Source: an uncultured Sideroxydans sp. (GTDB lineage: Bacteria > Pseudomonadota > Gammaproteobacteria > Burkholderiales > Gallionellaceae). From it: a stretch of 64,000 nt of DNA. The translations under genes were made by a program, and so were the position numbers. Each line of letters starts with the position of its first letter. Position 1 is the first letter of the stretch. Below the pieces are notes generated by a model. That model was not told where the DNA came from and searched no databases. It saw nothing but the letters and a program-made list of their open reading frames with translations. Below are positions 39,148 to 47,582 of the stretch, one piece after another. The stretch lies in contig CAYROQ010000011.1 of the NCBI GenBank assembly GCA_964425955.1, positions 1,917-65,916 of the forward strand, in the 5' to 3' direction.

Positions 39148-39298
39148 GGGGGGGAGTGCCAATCACCGCGAGGGGGCACGGTCAGAAGCACAGATCACGT
39201 ATCGGCGCTGTTAGAATTAACTTTAGCGATTTCTTGAAATATTTTATAGTGCCGCTATCCTTCTGAATTATTGAAATAATTATTCCAGCGTCGCGGAG

Positions 39299-40924
39299 TT
39301 ACTTTCCAGATGGTGACACCATCAGGCAAGCTACGAAATTATTCAACCGGCAACTAAGTATCATCTCAGCTCTGAATTCCTCTTTTCGTCCCAATTGTCT
39401 CAAGACCATCCCCTTACCAAAATGATATCGGTCATCATTTCCATTGATGGAAATGGCTGCATCAAACTGCGCCAGCGCTTCCTGTAATCGGCCCGAGTTT
39501 CTGTACGCCTCGGCCAGCAAGTGATGTATCGGGGCGAGTTGCGGACTTAACGATACAGAGCATTCGAAATCTTTCGCTGCCTCGTCCCACTTTTTCTGTG
39601 CCAACAAAGCTTGACCTCGGTTGTAGTAAACCCGATCAGCACCGGCGACACGATCATGTTTCAACAATATCGCCGCGTCGTTCCACAGCCGATAGCTGTC
39701 CGCAAAGACCCACAACCGATTCCAAGCCAGAGGAATGAGCATCACAACCAAACATCCAAAAATCAATTTCGTTTTGATTGTGGGGAATTCCATCATTAAC
39801 AAAGGTACAAAAATGAGCATTCCCGGCATCCACAAATAGCTGCGGTAGAGAACGAACGGCTCCTGCACACGAATGCCAACCAACTCAATGCCGAACTGCA
39901 ACCAAGGGTAGAGCAGTGCAAACCCGATCAAACCCATTTTCCCTCCACGCAATAACCATCTTGTCGCAACAATGCCGTAAACCATGAACGCTAGCAGGCA
40001 CATCCAGCCGTACCAGTCGGTCGAAGTTGTAACAAAGGGTTCGCGCATATCCACCGACATCCACGATACGTTCGGAAATATCCACAAAAAGAGGTATTTG
40101 AAAAACAAACCTGCTTGCGTCATTGCGCTTAACAAATGCAACATTGGCGTGCTTGCCAACAGGCCTTGTTGCTCAAACAATTCTGCCGCCATGGGTTCAT
40201 AGGCAATACCCAACACCCCGCGTGAACGCAACGTCACCAGCACGGCTACCGCGAATAATGCACTCCAAGTCAGCCACAAAGCGCGCTTCGATATGGATAT
40301 CTTTGATCGCAGCAAAAGCGTCAACGATGCCAGGATTGCGGGAGCAAGAAAACTGTGCTCTTTGGAGAATACCGCCAGGAAGTAACATGTAACTGAGAGA
40401 ACCAACCAGCGTATTTGGCCTGTCAGCATTCCTCTCAAGTAAGCCATTTGCATCAACAGTACGAACAAGGTCGCCATCACGATGCTGCGCTGGATGGTAT
40501 AGCCAACTGCAAACACGGCGACGGGATGTACAGCAAATATCAGCGCAGCGATCCACGCACCCAGTATGAGTTCCGGTGAGTTTTGGCGATCTTGATTCAC
40601 TGCCCCGACAATCTTGCGCAACACGTAAAAAACCAAAATCGTGTTGGTTGCATGCAACAGCAGATTGCCCAAGTGAAAAAAGTGCGGCACAACATCACTG
40701 AAGACTTCCTCTGTCCATCCAAGAGAGTAATAGGGAAACCAACGCAGATTGAATTGAAATATCGAATGCGCATACTGACCCGGTATTACACCCGTGAAGA
40801 AATTCAGGTCATCGAAGAAAAACGGATTGCCCAAAAACGGCAAATAGACGCAGCAGCAAGCTACAAAAAGTGACAACACCCAACCGCGGTCATGTTGGTG
40901 AAAGTATCGGATTATTTTTTGCAT
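39299..40924 (-). CDS. Polytopic membrane protein with C-terminal TPR repeats (GT-C/PMT-TMTC-like putative glycosyltransferase)
   Basis: 541 aa with about 11-13 TM helices. An acidic FFFDDLNF motif follows TM1, as in GT-C enzymes. The C-terminal ~130 aa form TPR-like repeats (YYNRGQALLAQKKWDEAAKDFECSVSLSP; LLAEAYRNSGRLQEALAQFDAAISIN). Confidence 0.6.
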   Translation of the reverse strand: MQKIIRYFHQHDRGWVLSLFVACCCVYLPFLGNPFFFDDLNFFTGVIPGQYAHSIFQFNLRWFPYYSLGWTEEVFSDVVPHFFHLGNLLLHATNTILVFYVLRKIVGAVNQDRQNSPELILGAWIAALIFAVHPVAVFAVGYTIQRSIVMATLFVLLMQMAYLRGMLTGQIRWLVLSVTCYFLAVFSKEHSFLAPAILASLTLLLRSKISISKRALWLTWSALFAVAVLVTLRSRGVLGIAYEPMAAELFEQQGLLASTPMLHLLSAMTQAGLFFKYLFLWIFPNVSWMSVDMREPFVTTSTDWYGWMCLLAFMVYGIVATRWLLRGGKMGLIGFALLYPWLQFGIELVGIRVQEPFVLYRSYLWMPGMLIFVPLLMMEFPTIKTKLIFGCLVVMLIPLAWNRLWVFADSYRLWNDAAILLKHDRVAGADRVYYNRGQALLAQKKWDEAAKDFECSVSLSPQLAPIHHLLAEAYRNSGRLQEALAQFDAAISINGNDDRYHFGKGMVLRQLGRKEEFRAEMILSCRLNNFVACLMVSPSGK

Positions 40925-40933
40925 TTATTGACG

Positions 40934-40965
40934 CACAAAAAACGAACCCCTCCGCAGAGGGGTTC
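40934..40965 (-). terminator. Rho-independent terminator of the pilin gene
   Basis: The perfect hairpin GAACCCCTC-N4-GAGGGGTTC (40944-40965) is followed on the minus strand by GTTTTTTG. Confidence 0.75.
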
Positions 40966-40986
40966 GTCTAGCAACATAAACTTCAA

Positions 40987-41478
40987 TTACACGCAGTTAT
41001 AGTATTTCTTAGCAACTGTTGAAGTAACTGTAGTGCTAGCAGTTGTGCAAGGCCATGTAATTCCAGTTCCGCCAACCAGTGCGGTCTGGACCAAGATCAG
41101 ACCATCAATGCCAGTTCCAACACCAGTGCCGGCAAATGTCAACGACAGCACTCCACCTGCGTCCACAGTGATCGAAGCCAATTCGGCGGGCACAATCGGG
41201 ATGTAAGTCAAGCCAAGGGAACTCCACAGATCGCCTGCTGTTACAGCAGTTTGAGTCGTTGCCGTGCTGGTGATGCTCGCACTTGGAAAGCTACCATTCT
41301 CTTGGTAGTACTGCACCATTGCCAGTTTCAAAGGATCCAGAGTGGAGGTCACTTTGGACAACTTGGCCTTAGTCACATAGTCCTGATAAGCCGGAATTGC
41401 CACCGCAGCCAGAATACCGATGATCGCAACCACGATCATCAATTCAATCAGCGTAAAACCTTTTTGAACTTGCTTCAT
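40987..41478 (-). CDS. pilA: Type IVa pilin
   Basis: 163 aa. The class III leader and N-terminal helix read [37 protein letters not shown]-terminal Cys pair (WPC...YNC) is present, along with several Ser/Thr-rich tracts. An AAGGAG Shine-Dalgarno lies upstream. Confidence 0.9.
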   Translation of the reverse strand: MKQVQKGFTLIELMIVVAIIGILAAVAIPAYQDYVTKAKLSKVTSTLDPLKLAMVQYYQENGSFPSASITSTATTQTAVTAGDLWSSLGLTYIPIVPAELASITVDAGGVLSLTFAGTGVGTGIDGLILVQTALVGGTGITWPCTTASTTVTSTVAKKYYNCV

Positions 41479-41547
41479 AATTTTTCTCCTTGGAGGATTT
41501 TAAATTTTCCCTTAGCGGGATACACACACGGTGTGCGGGCGAATACT

Positions 41548-41563
41548 AGCAGGTTACATGCCA
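41548..41563 (-). promoter_or_regulatory. Candidate sigma54 (-24/-12) promoter upstream of the pilin gene
   Basis: The minus strand reads TGGCATGTAACCTGCT, against the consensus TGGCAC-N5-TTGCW. The GG and GC dinucleotides have the correct spacing. The site lies about 70 nt upstream of the ATG. Confidence 0.5.
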
Positions 41564-41653
41564 CCGTCAATATGTACTGTTAGGCACTGCTTCAAGCTGC
41601 AATTTGGTAACCCGACCTACGAAATGCGCAAGATGACTGACGTTTTTTGTCAG

Positions 41654-43288
41654 TCACGGGACGTATCCGGGAATCTTGCTTTCATCGACCGCATCAATTT
41701 GTTCAGCCGCCAAAAAACGGTGTGCATATTCCAAGTAGACTTTTTCGCGAATGAACACATCGAACAGGTCGGGATCAATGTGACCACTTTCTTTGAACTT
41801 GCCTAAAATATTCAGCGATTCAGTCAGCGTTTTGCCTTCTTTATACGGGCGATCTTTGGCGGTAAGCGCCTCAAAGATGTCGGCAATGCCCATCAATCTC
41901 GCCTGTACTGACATTTGTTCACGCGTCAGGCCTTTGGGGTAACCCTTGCCATCCATCCGCTCATGATGCCCGCCGGCGTATTCGGGCACACGTTTTAGGT
42001 GATTTGGCCATGGCAGTGATTCCAACATCTTGATGGTGACCAGGATGTGGTGGTTGATGATCTGGCGCTCATTAGCCGTCAGCGTGCCGGCTCTGATCGT
42101 CAGGTTTTCGAGTTCTTCCGCAGTAAGAAAATCAACCCGTTCGCCCTGCACGTTGCTCCATTGGTACTGGGCGATCCGTAGCACGTGTGCCACGTCGGAC
42201 TCAGACATCTTCTCTGTACCAATATTTGAATGACGCAGAAATTCACGGTCTTCGTCGAGTTGCCGGACAGTGCTCTCAAATTCATCCTGCGTTTTGATTC
42301 CACGTAAGTATTCGATCTCCGCGTCCCGTTTCAGCACTTCGAAGCGCGTATCAACCAAGTGGATCCGATCAAAGATGGTTTGTAATTTGGTTGATTTATC
42401 GACCACGTGTACCGGCGTCGTGATCTTGCCGCAATCGTGCAACAAACCCGCGATCTTCAATTCGTAGCGATCTTTGTCGGTCAGGTTAAAGTCTTTTAAC
42501 GAGCCGTGTTTGGAACGGTTCGCCGCTTCAGCCAGCATCATGGTCAGCGTTGGCACCCGTTCGCAATGTCCGCCGGTGTAAGGCGACTTGTCGTCGATCG
42601 CGGTGTTGATAAGACTGATGAAGGATTCAAAAAGATCTTCAAGTTGCTGGATCAGCCGACGATTGCTGATTGCAATGGCAGCCTGGGAGGCCAGTGATTC
42701 AAGCAGTTTCTGGTCGTCTTTCGAGAACCTCAACACCTTGCCTGTAGCTGCTTCCGTCGCATTGATGAGCTGCAACACACCAATGATCTCGTTATCGTGA
42801 TTGCGCATCGGCACGGCAAGGAAAGAGCGGGAATGGTAGCCGGTCTTGGCATCGAATTTTTTGGTGCCGGAAAAGTCGTATCCCGCCGCAATGTAGGCGT
42901 CCGAGATATTCACCGTCTCCCCGCTTAATGCCGCGTGGCTGACCACCATCGCGTTATTGGGCTGGCCGTCAACATAGAGTTGAATCGGGTAGAACGGAAT
43001 CGGAACGCCCGACGTTCCGCCCATGCGAATCTTGAGCGAATCGTTGCTAAGGATCTCAAAGGTCAGTATCTGTTTCTCGACATCCACCAGATACAACGTC
43101 CCGGCATCCGCATTGGTGATTTTCTTGGCTGCATCCAGAATATTTTCCAGCAGGCGATTGATATCGCGCTCGCTGGACAACGCGGCACCGATGGCATTCA
43201 GATTGCTCAGGCGGTTGAGTAATCCTTCCACCATGGCGCGCTGTTCTTTTTCTTGCGCCTTGAAGGAAATCATTCTGGTGTTATCCAT
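41654..43288 (-). CDS. GAF domain + HD-GYP domain protein (putative c-di-GMP phosphodiesterase)
   Basis: 544 aa. The GAF domain reads LLENILDAAKKITNADAGTLYLVD...SFLAVPMRNHDNEIIGVLQLIN. The HD motif is GLLHDCGK and the GYP motif is GGHHERMDGKGYPKGL. Confidence 0.88.
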   Translation of the reverse strand: MDNTRMISFKAQEKEQRAMVEGLLNRLSNLNAIGAALSSERDINRLLENILDAAKKITNADAGTLYLVDVEKQILTFEILSNDSLKIRMGGTSGVPIPFYPIQLYVDGQPNNAMVVSHAALSGETVNISDAYIAAGYDFSGTKKFDAKTGYHSRSFLAVPMRNHDNEIIGVLQLINATEAATGKVLRFSKDDQKLLESLASQAAIAISNRRLIQQLEDLFESFISLINTAIDDKSPYTGGHCERVPTLTMMLAEAANRSKHGSLKDFNLTDKDRYELKIAGLLHDCGKITTPVHVVDKSTKLQTIFDRIHLVDTRFEVLKRDAEIEYLRGIKTQDEFESTVRQLDEDREFLRHSNIGTEKMSESDVAHVLRIAQYQWSNVQGERVDFLTAEELENLTIRAGTLTANERQIINHHILVTIKMLESLPWPNHLKRVPEYAGGHHERMDGKGYPKGLTREQMSVQARLMGIADIFEALTAKDRPYKEGKTLTESLNILGKFKESGHIDPDLFDVFIREKVYLEYAHRFLAAEQIDAVDESKIPGYVP

Positions 43289-43305
43289 GTTTCATTCTCT
43301 TCAAA

Positions 43306-45702
43306 TTACTTGATACAAACTGCGCGCACTTGATGGATATCGGTAATGCCGCTCAATACTTTTTCAATCCCGTCCTGTTTCAGTGTGCGCATCCCCTCTT
43401 CCAGGGCAATCGCAAAAAGTTCGGCCACACGTGCATGCTCCTGTATGGCTTTTTTCACCGGGTCTGTCCCGATCAGCAACTCGTGCAAACCGACCCGCCC
43501 CCGGTAACCTGTTCCTGAACACTTTTCGCAGCCCACCTTTTCGTAAAGCGTGATCTGACCTTTATCGTCACTGAATAACTTGACCCACTCCGCATAAAGA
43601 TTCTTGTACGCAGTGTTCGGATCCATCTTCCACGTCGCGGTGTTCATCAACTCAAGTGCATATTCCGACAGCAACGCTTTGATCTCATCCTGCGTGGCCA
43701 CATGTGCCTTTTTGCAGTCCTTGCACAAACGCTTGGCCAGGCGTTGCGCCAGGATGCCCAGCAACGCATCGGCAAAATTGAAGGGATCCATGCCCATATC
43801 CAACAAACGGATGATAGATTCCGGTGCGCTGTTGGTGTGCAAGGTGGCGAACACCAGGTGCCCCGTAAGGGATGCTTCGATACCCGTCGCCACGGTTTCT
43901 TTGTCGCGCATTTCACCGACCATAATCACATCGGGATCTGCACGCAAAAATGCCCGCATGATGGTGGCGAAGTCCAGTCCAGCCTTCTTGTTGATTTGTA
44001 CCTGGCGCAAACCTTTTTGGGTAATTTCTACCGGGTCTTCAGCTGTCCAAATCTTGGTGTCCGGCGTGTTGATATGTTTCAAAATCGAATGCAACGTAGT
44101 GGTCTTGCCTGAACCGGTTGGACCGCAGACGAAGAACAATCCGTACGGCTTGGAAACCGTCTGTTTGACGAGTTTGAGGTTACGCTCGGAGAAGCCCATC
44201 TTGTCCAGCGGGATCGGATCGCCGGAAGCCAATATACGCATCACCACGTCTTCCACTCCGCCCTGCGAAGGTATGGTCGCAACACGAAGTTCGATGTCCA
44301 ACGGCCCGTATTTCTTGAATTTTATCTTGCCGTCCTGCGGCTTGCGCTTCTCGGAGATATCAAGGTCGCACATGATCTTGAGGCGCGTCACCAATGCATT
44401 GCGATAGTTTGATGGAACCTCGATGTAATTCAACAGCGAGCCATCCTTGCGCACACGGATCAACGTTTTTCCCTTACCGGGAGCGGGTTCGATATGAATA
44501 TCCGATGCACCCATCTTGTAGGCATCCACGATAATCTTGTTGACCAGTTTGACCAGTTCGTTGTCTGCCGCAGCACTGACATCGTCCTGGTTAAGACTGC
44601 TCATTTCTTCGTCTTCATCGCCACCCAATGAAGTGAGCAAATCATCAACAGAACCTTCCATATCCGAGAAGCTTCCCGTGATATCGCCTACTCCGCCACC
44701 GCCACCTCCATAGAACAGATCCAGAGTGGCACGGAACTCGCGCAGGGTGCAGACTTTGTAGATCAGCCTGTTTTTGGGAAAGATGTTATTGACGACGCGC
44801 GATGCTTGGATCCTCTCAGGATCCGTTGTCAGTATGACTACCCCATCGGGGCTGTCATCGATCGGCACCCAATGACTGCTCTCAACGTATTCGCGTTTCA
44901 GATTTCTCAGCAATTCGGTGGGTTTGATACGATCGCCCTTGTGAGGCTCATAGGGCACGCCGAAGAAATTCGAGAGCGCCTTGCCCAGCGAATCCGGTTT
45001 GACCTGAAATTCGTCCAACAATACATCTTCAACGTCCACGCCTTTGCGTCTTGCCGTGCGCGTTGCCAATTCGAATTCTGCCGCAGACATCACAGCGTCT
45101 GACACCAGATAATCGTATTTGGTCTTGACCGACCCAGCCTGTTGCTGGCGCTGGCGTAATGCCACGGCCAAGGTTTGTGCCAACTCACGCGCACCTTCCT
45201 CTACCATGACCGGGAAGGGCAATCCCGCCTTGTTGTTGATGACCTGCATCACCCCGACCAGATCACCGTTTTCCTCGACGATCGGGGCGACCAGCATCTG
45301 TTTGGTGCGGTATCCGGTGCGCTTGTCCACATCCTGCAGGAAATGCAACGTGGCGCTGTGCAAGGACAATTCCTGCGCGTCGTAGACATCCTTCAGATTG
45401 AGCAGCTTTTTATTGAATGCGGCAAAGCCCGCGATACTCTGTTCGGCGATGGGGAGTTTAAGATCCTTGAAAGAGTTCAGTCCGGTCTTGACCTTCGAAA
45501 CCAGTGACGCCTTGTCATCCCCCACCACATAGATGGTGAGACGGTCGGCGTTGAACAAGGCGCAGATGTCTTTGCTGACATCCAGCATGATCTCGTCGAT
45601 GTTGCTGGTCGCATGGATTTTGTTGGTGACATGATTGAGGCTGCGGGTGAACTCCAGCCTGACCCCCATCTCACTTGCACTACCCTGCACTGGACTATTC
45701 AT
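43306..45702 (-). CDS. GspE/PilB-family secretion ATPase with N-terminal GAF domain
   Basis: 798 aa. The N-terminal GAF domain reads IMLDVSKDICALFNADRLTIYVV...MLVAPIVEENGDLVGVMQVIN. A T2SSE_N-like region follows (VSDAVMSAAEFELATRTARRKGVDVEDVLLDEF). Walker A is GPTGSGKTTT, Walker B/Asp box is DPDVIMVGEMRD, the His box is GHLVFATLHTN, and a CxxC...CxxC tetracysteine motif is present. Confidence 0.88.
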   Translation of the reverse strand: MNSPVQGSASEMGVRLEFTRSLNHVTNKIHATSNIDEIMLDVSKDICALFNADRLTIYVVGDDKASLVSKVKTGLNSFKDLKLPIAEQSIAGFAAFNKKLLNLKDVYDAQELSLHSATLHFLQDVDKRTGYRTKQMLVAPIVEENGDLVGVMQVINNKAGLPFPVMVEEGARELAQTLAVALRQRQQQAGSVKTKYDYLVSDAVMSAAEFELATRTARRKGVDVEDVLLDEFQVKPDSLGKALSNFFGVPYEPHKGDRIKPTELLRNLKREYVESSHWVPIDDSPDGVVILTTDPERIQASRVVNNIFPKNRLIYKVCTLREFRATLDLFYGGGGGGVGDITGSFSDMEGSVDDLLTSLGGDEDEEMSSLNQDDVSAAADNELVKLVNKIIVDAYKMGASDIHIEPAPGKGKTLIRVRKDGSLLNYIEVPSNYRNALVTRLKIMCDLDISEKRKPQDGKIKFKKYGPLDIELRVATIPSQGGVEDVVMRILASGDPIPLDKMGFSERNLKLVKQTVSKPYGLFFVCGPTGSGKTTTLHSILKHINTPDTKIWTAEDPVEITQKGLRQVQINKKAGLDFATIMRAFLRADPDVIMVGEMRDKETVATGIEASLTGHLVFATLHTNSAPESIIRLLDMGMDPFNFADALLGILAQRLAKRLCKDCKKAHVATQDEIKALLSEYALELMNTATWKMDPNTAYKNLYAEWVKLFSDDKGQITLYEKVGCEKCSGTGYRGRVGLHELLIGTDPVKKAIQEHARVAELFAIALEEGMRTLKQDGIEKVLSGITDIHQVRAVCIK

Positions 45703-45717
45703 CTACTTTCCCTGTCT

Positions 45718-46794
45718 TTATTGTTGTTGCGTCTTGGGTACCGACCACAAACCGTTTTCCAAAACATAGGTGTCATAACCTGCCTGCGCCAGGATGAATG
45801 CAGCTGCCGCACTTCGACGTCCACTTTGGCAATAGGCAATATAAGCGTTCGATTTGTTTAATACATTGATCGCATTTCGAATGTCATTCAATGGTACGTT
45901 GATCGCGTTGGGCAATTTGTCATAGCGAAATTCCGGCGGATGGCGCACATCCAGCCAGATCGCACCCTGCGAGATTTTCTGCTTCGCTTCCTGAAAATCG
46001 ATACGTCGCAGCAACGGCTCTTTCATCAACTCCTGGAAATCCTGTTTCTTCAACCGCAACAATACGCCGTTGCTTTTCATCGAGACTGTGGCGTTTCGCT
46101 TGGATTCCGAGATAAGTGCTTCTTCGCCGAATACATCTCCGGCTTTTAGTTCCGCCAAAATAAGATTGGCTCCTCCTACCAAACGCGAGACCTGTGCGCG
46201 ACCACTCTCGATAAGGTAATAATAATCGCCTTCCTCTCCCTCGCGAATGATCACATCTTTTTCCCAAACTGCGAGCGCCTCGACCCTGCCGAGTAATTTT
46301 CCGATATTCGCGGGCGGTAGGTGCGCGAAAGGCCCATGGTTCAGATTCTCTGCGCTGAACATGCCAGAATTAAGCAACCTGCGCACGGATGCTTCCGGGC
46401 CATCCTTGTCGTGATTGGGTTTGGCATCATCCTGGTTGGCGAACTGATCCCACGTCACCATCCTGTCCAGCAATTCATCATCCACTCTTAGCAACTGCAC
46501 CAGACTCAAGGCCTTGGACGAACGGATCGCCGGCTGGCGCTTGCCTATCGGATGTCTGGCCCACTCGGAATTAGCCCGAATCACCACACGATTACCGTCG
46601 ATGTAGTCAACCTCCAATTCACCCCGCAACAGGTAGACCGACTGCCCGTCCAGCGAACGCTCCGCAAAGGGGTCCTGACCGGGCGCGATACTTTCCACGT
46701 GACAATAATCAAGTATTTCACGCAGGCGTACCGGACTAAAAGAGGAAATAGGTTCCAATGCAGCCAGCACACGGATGTCCAATACATTGTTCAT
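45718..46794 (-). CDS. Tandem cyclic-nucleotide-binding domains + C-terminal rhodanese domain protein
   Basis: 358 aa. The second cNMP domain is canonical (GDYYYLIESG...GDVFGEEALIS..RNATV), while the first is degenerate. The rhodanese domain reads IWLDVRHPPEF...YIAYCQSGRRSAAAAFIL and carries the active-site Cys. Confidence 0.8.
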   Translation of the reverse strand: MNNVLDIRVLAALEPISSFSPVRLREILDYCHVESIAPGQDPFAERSLDGQSVYLLRGELEVDYIDGNRVVIRANSEWARHPIGKRQPAIRSSKALSLVQLLRVDDELLDRMVTWDQFANQDDAKPNHDKDGPEASVRRLLNSGMFSAENLNHGPFAHLPPANIGKLLGRVEALAVWEKDVIIREGEEGDYYYLIESGRAQVSRLVGGANLILAELKAGDVFGEEALISESKRNATVSMKSNGVLLRLKKQDFQELMKEPLLRRIDFQEAKQKISQGAIWLDVRHPPEFRYDKLPNAINVPLNDIRNAINVLNKSNAYIAYCQSGRRSAAAAFILAQAGYDTYVLENGLWSVPKTQQQ

Positions 46795-46807
46795 ATTCGC
46801 GTTTCGA

Positions 46808-47572
46808 TCAAAGTTCGAATTTCTGTCCGTTTTTCAAAATCCGGGGGGCCAGACCCCGCACTTTTTCGCTGATCTCGCGCATCGTCAATTCGACCTCACC
46901 TGGCTTCAGATGTGTGATGTAGATTTCCGGGCGCAATTCAAGTTTATCCAACTCGATTGCAAGCAAACTTGGGCAAAGGTGTTTGGATAAAACTGCCAAT
47001 TCTTTTTCAGCATCAGAAAAAGCGGTTTCAACGATGAGATAGCGCAGATTGCCAATCTGATTCACCGCCCGCCAAAATGCATCACACGTAGTGGTATCGC
47101 CGCTGAATACCAAACTGCATTTTCCGCTGTCAATGTGAAATCCCACGGCAGGTACCACGTGATTGACGGGTAGCGGAGTCAGCTTTCTGCCACTCAAATC
47201 CACTGTCTTTCCCAGTTTGATTTCCTCGTAACGCATCACCGGTTGATTGAGGTTGGGAATCGCCGCGAAATCGGGCCATATCTCCCAATTAAAAATATGC
47301 GTTTGCAGTATGGCCAGCGTCTCGGCAGTGGCATGAATGTTCAGAGGCTTGTTGCGCAAGAATCCAACACTATCTACCAGCAACGGCAGGCAGGCGATGT
47401 GATCGAGATGGGAGTGTGTGATGAAAATATGATCGATCCGGCTCATTTCCGCCAGACTTAATTCGCCTAATCCGGTACCCGCATCGATCAATACATCGTG
47501 ATCCAATAAGAAAGACGTCGTGCGAGAATTCCCACCGATGCCTCCGCTACAGCCTAATACTCTGAGATTCAT
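46808..47572 (-). CDS. Metallo-beta-lactamase-fold, class-II-like 3',5'-cyclic-nucleotide phosphodiesterase
   Basis: 254 aa. MNLRVLGCSGGIGG...LIDAGTG...IFITHSHLDHIACLPLLVDS closely approaches the class II PDE signature HxHLDH. No signal peptide is present. Confidence 0.7.
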   Translation of the reverse strand: MNLRVLGCSGGIGGNSRTTSFLLDHDVLIDAGTGLGELSLAEMSRIDHIFITHSHLDHIACLPLLVDSVGFLRNKPLNIHATAETLAILQTHIFNWEIWPDFAAIPNLNQPVMRYEEIKLGKTVDLSGRKLTPLPVNHVVPAVGFHIDSGKCSLVFSGDTTTCDAFWRAVNQIGNLRYLIVETAFSDAEKELAVLSKHLCPSLLAIELDKLELRPEIYITHLKPGEVELTMREISEKVRGLAPRILKNGQKFEL

Positions 47573-47582
47573 CGAGATTTAC

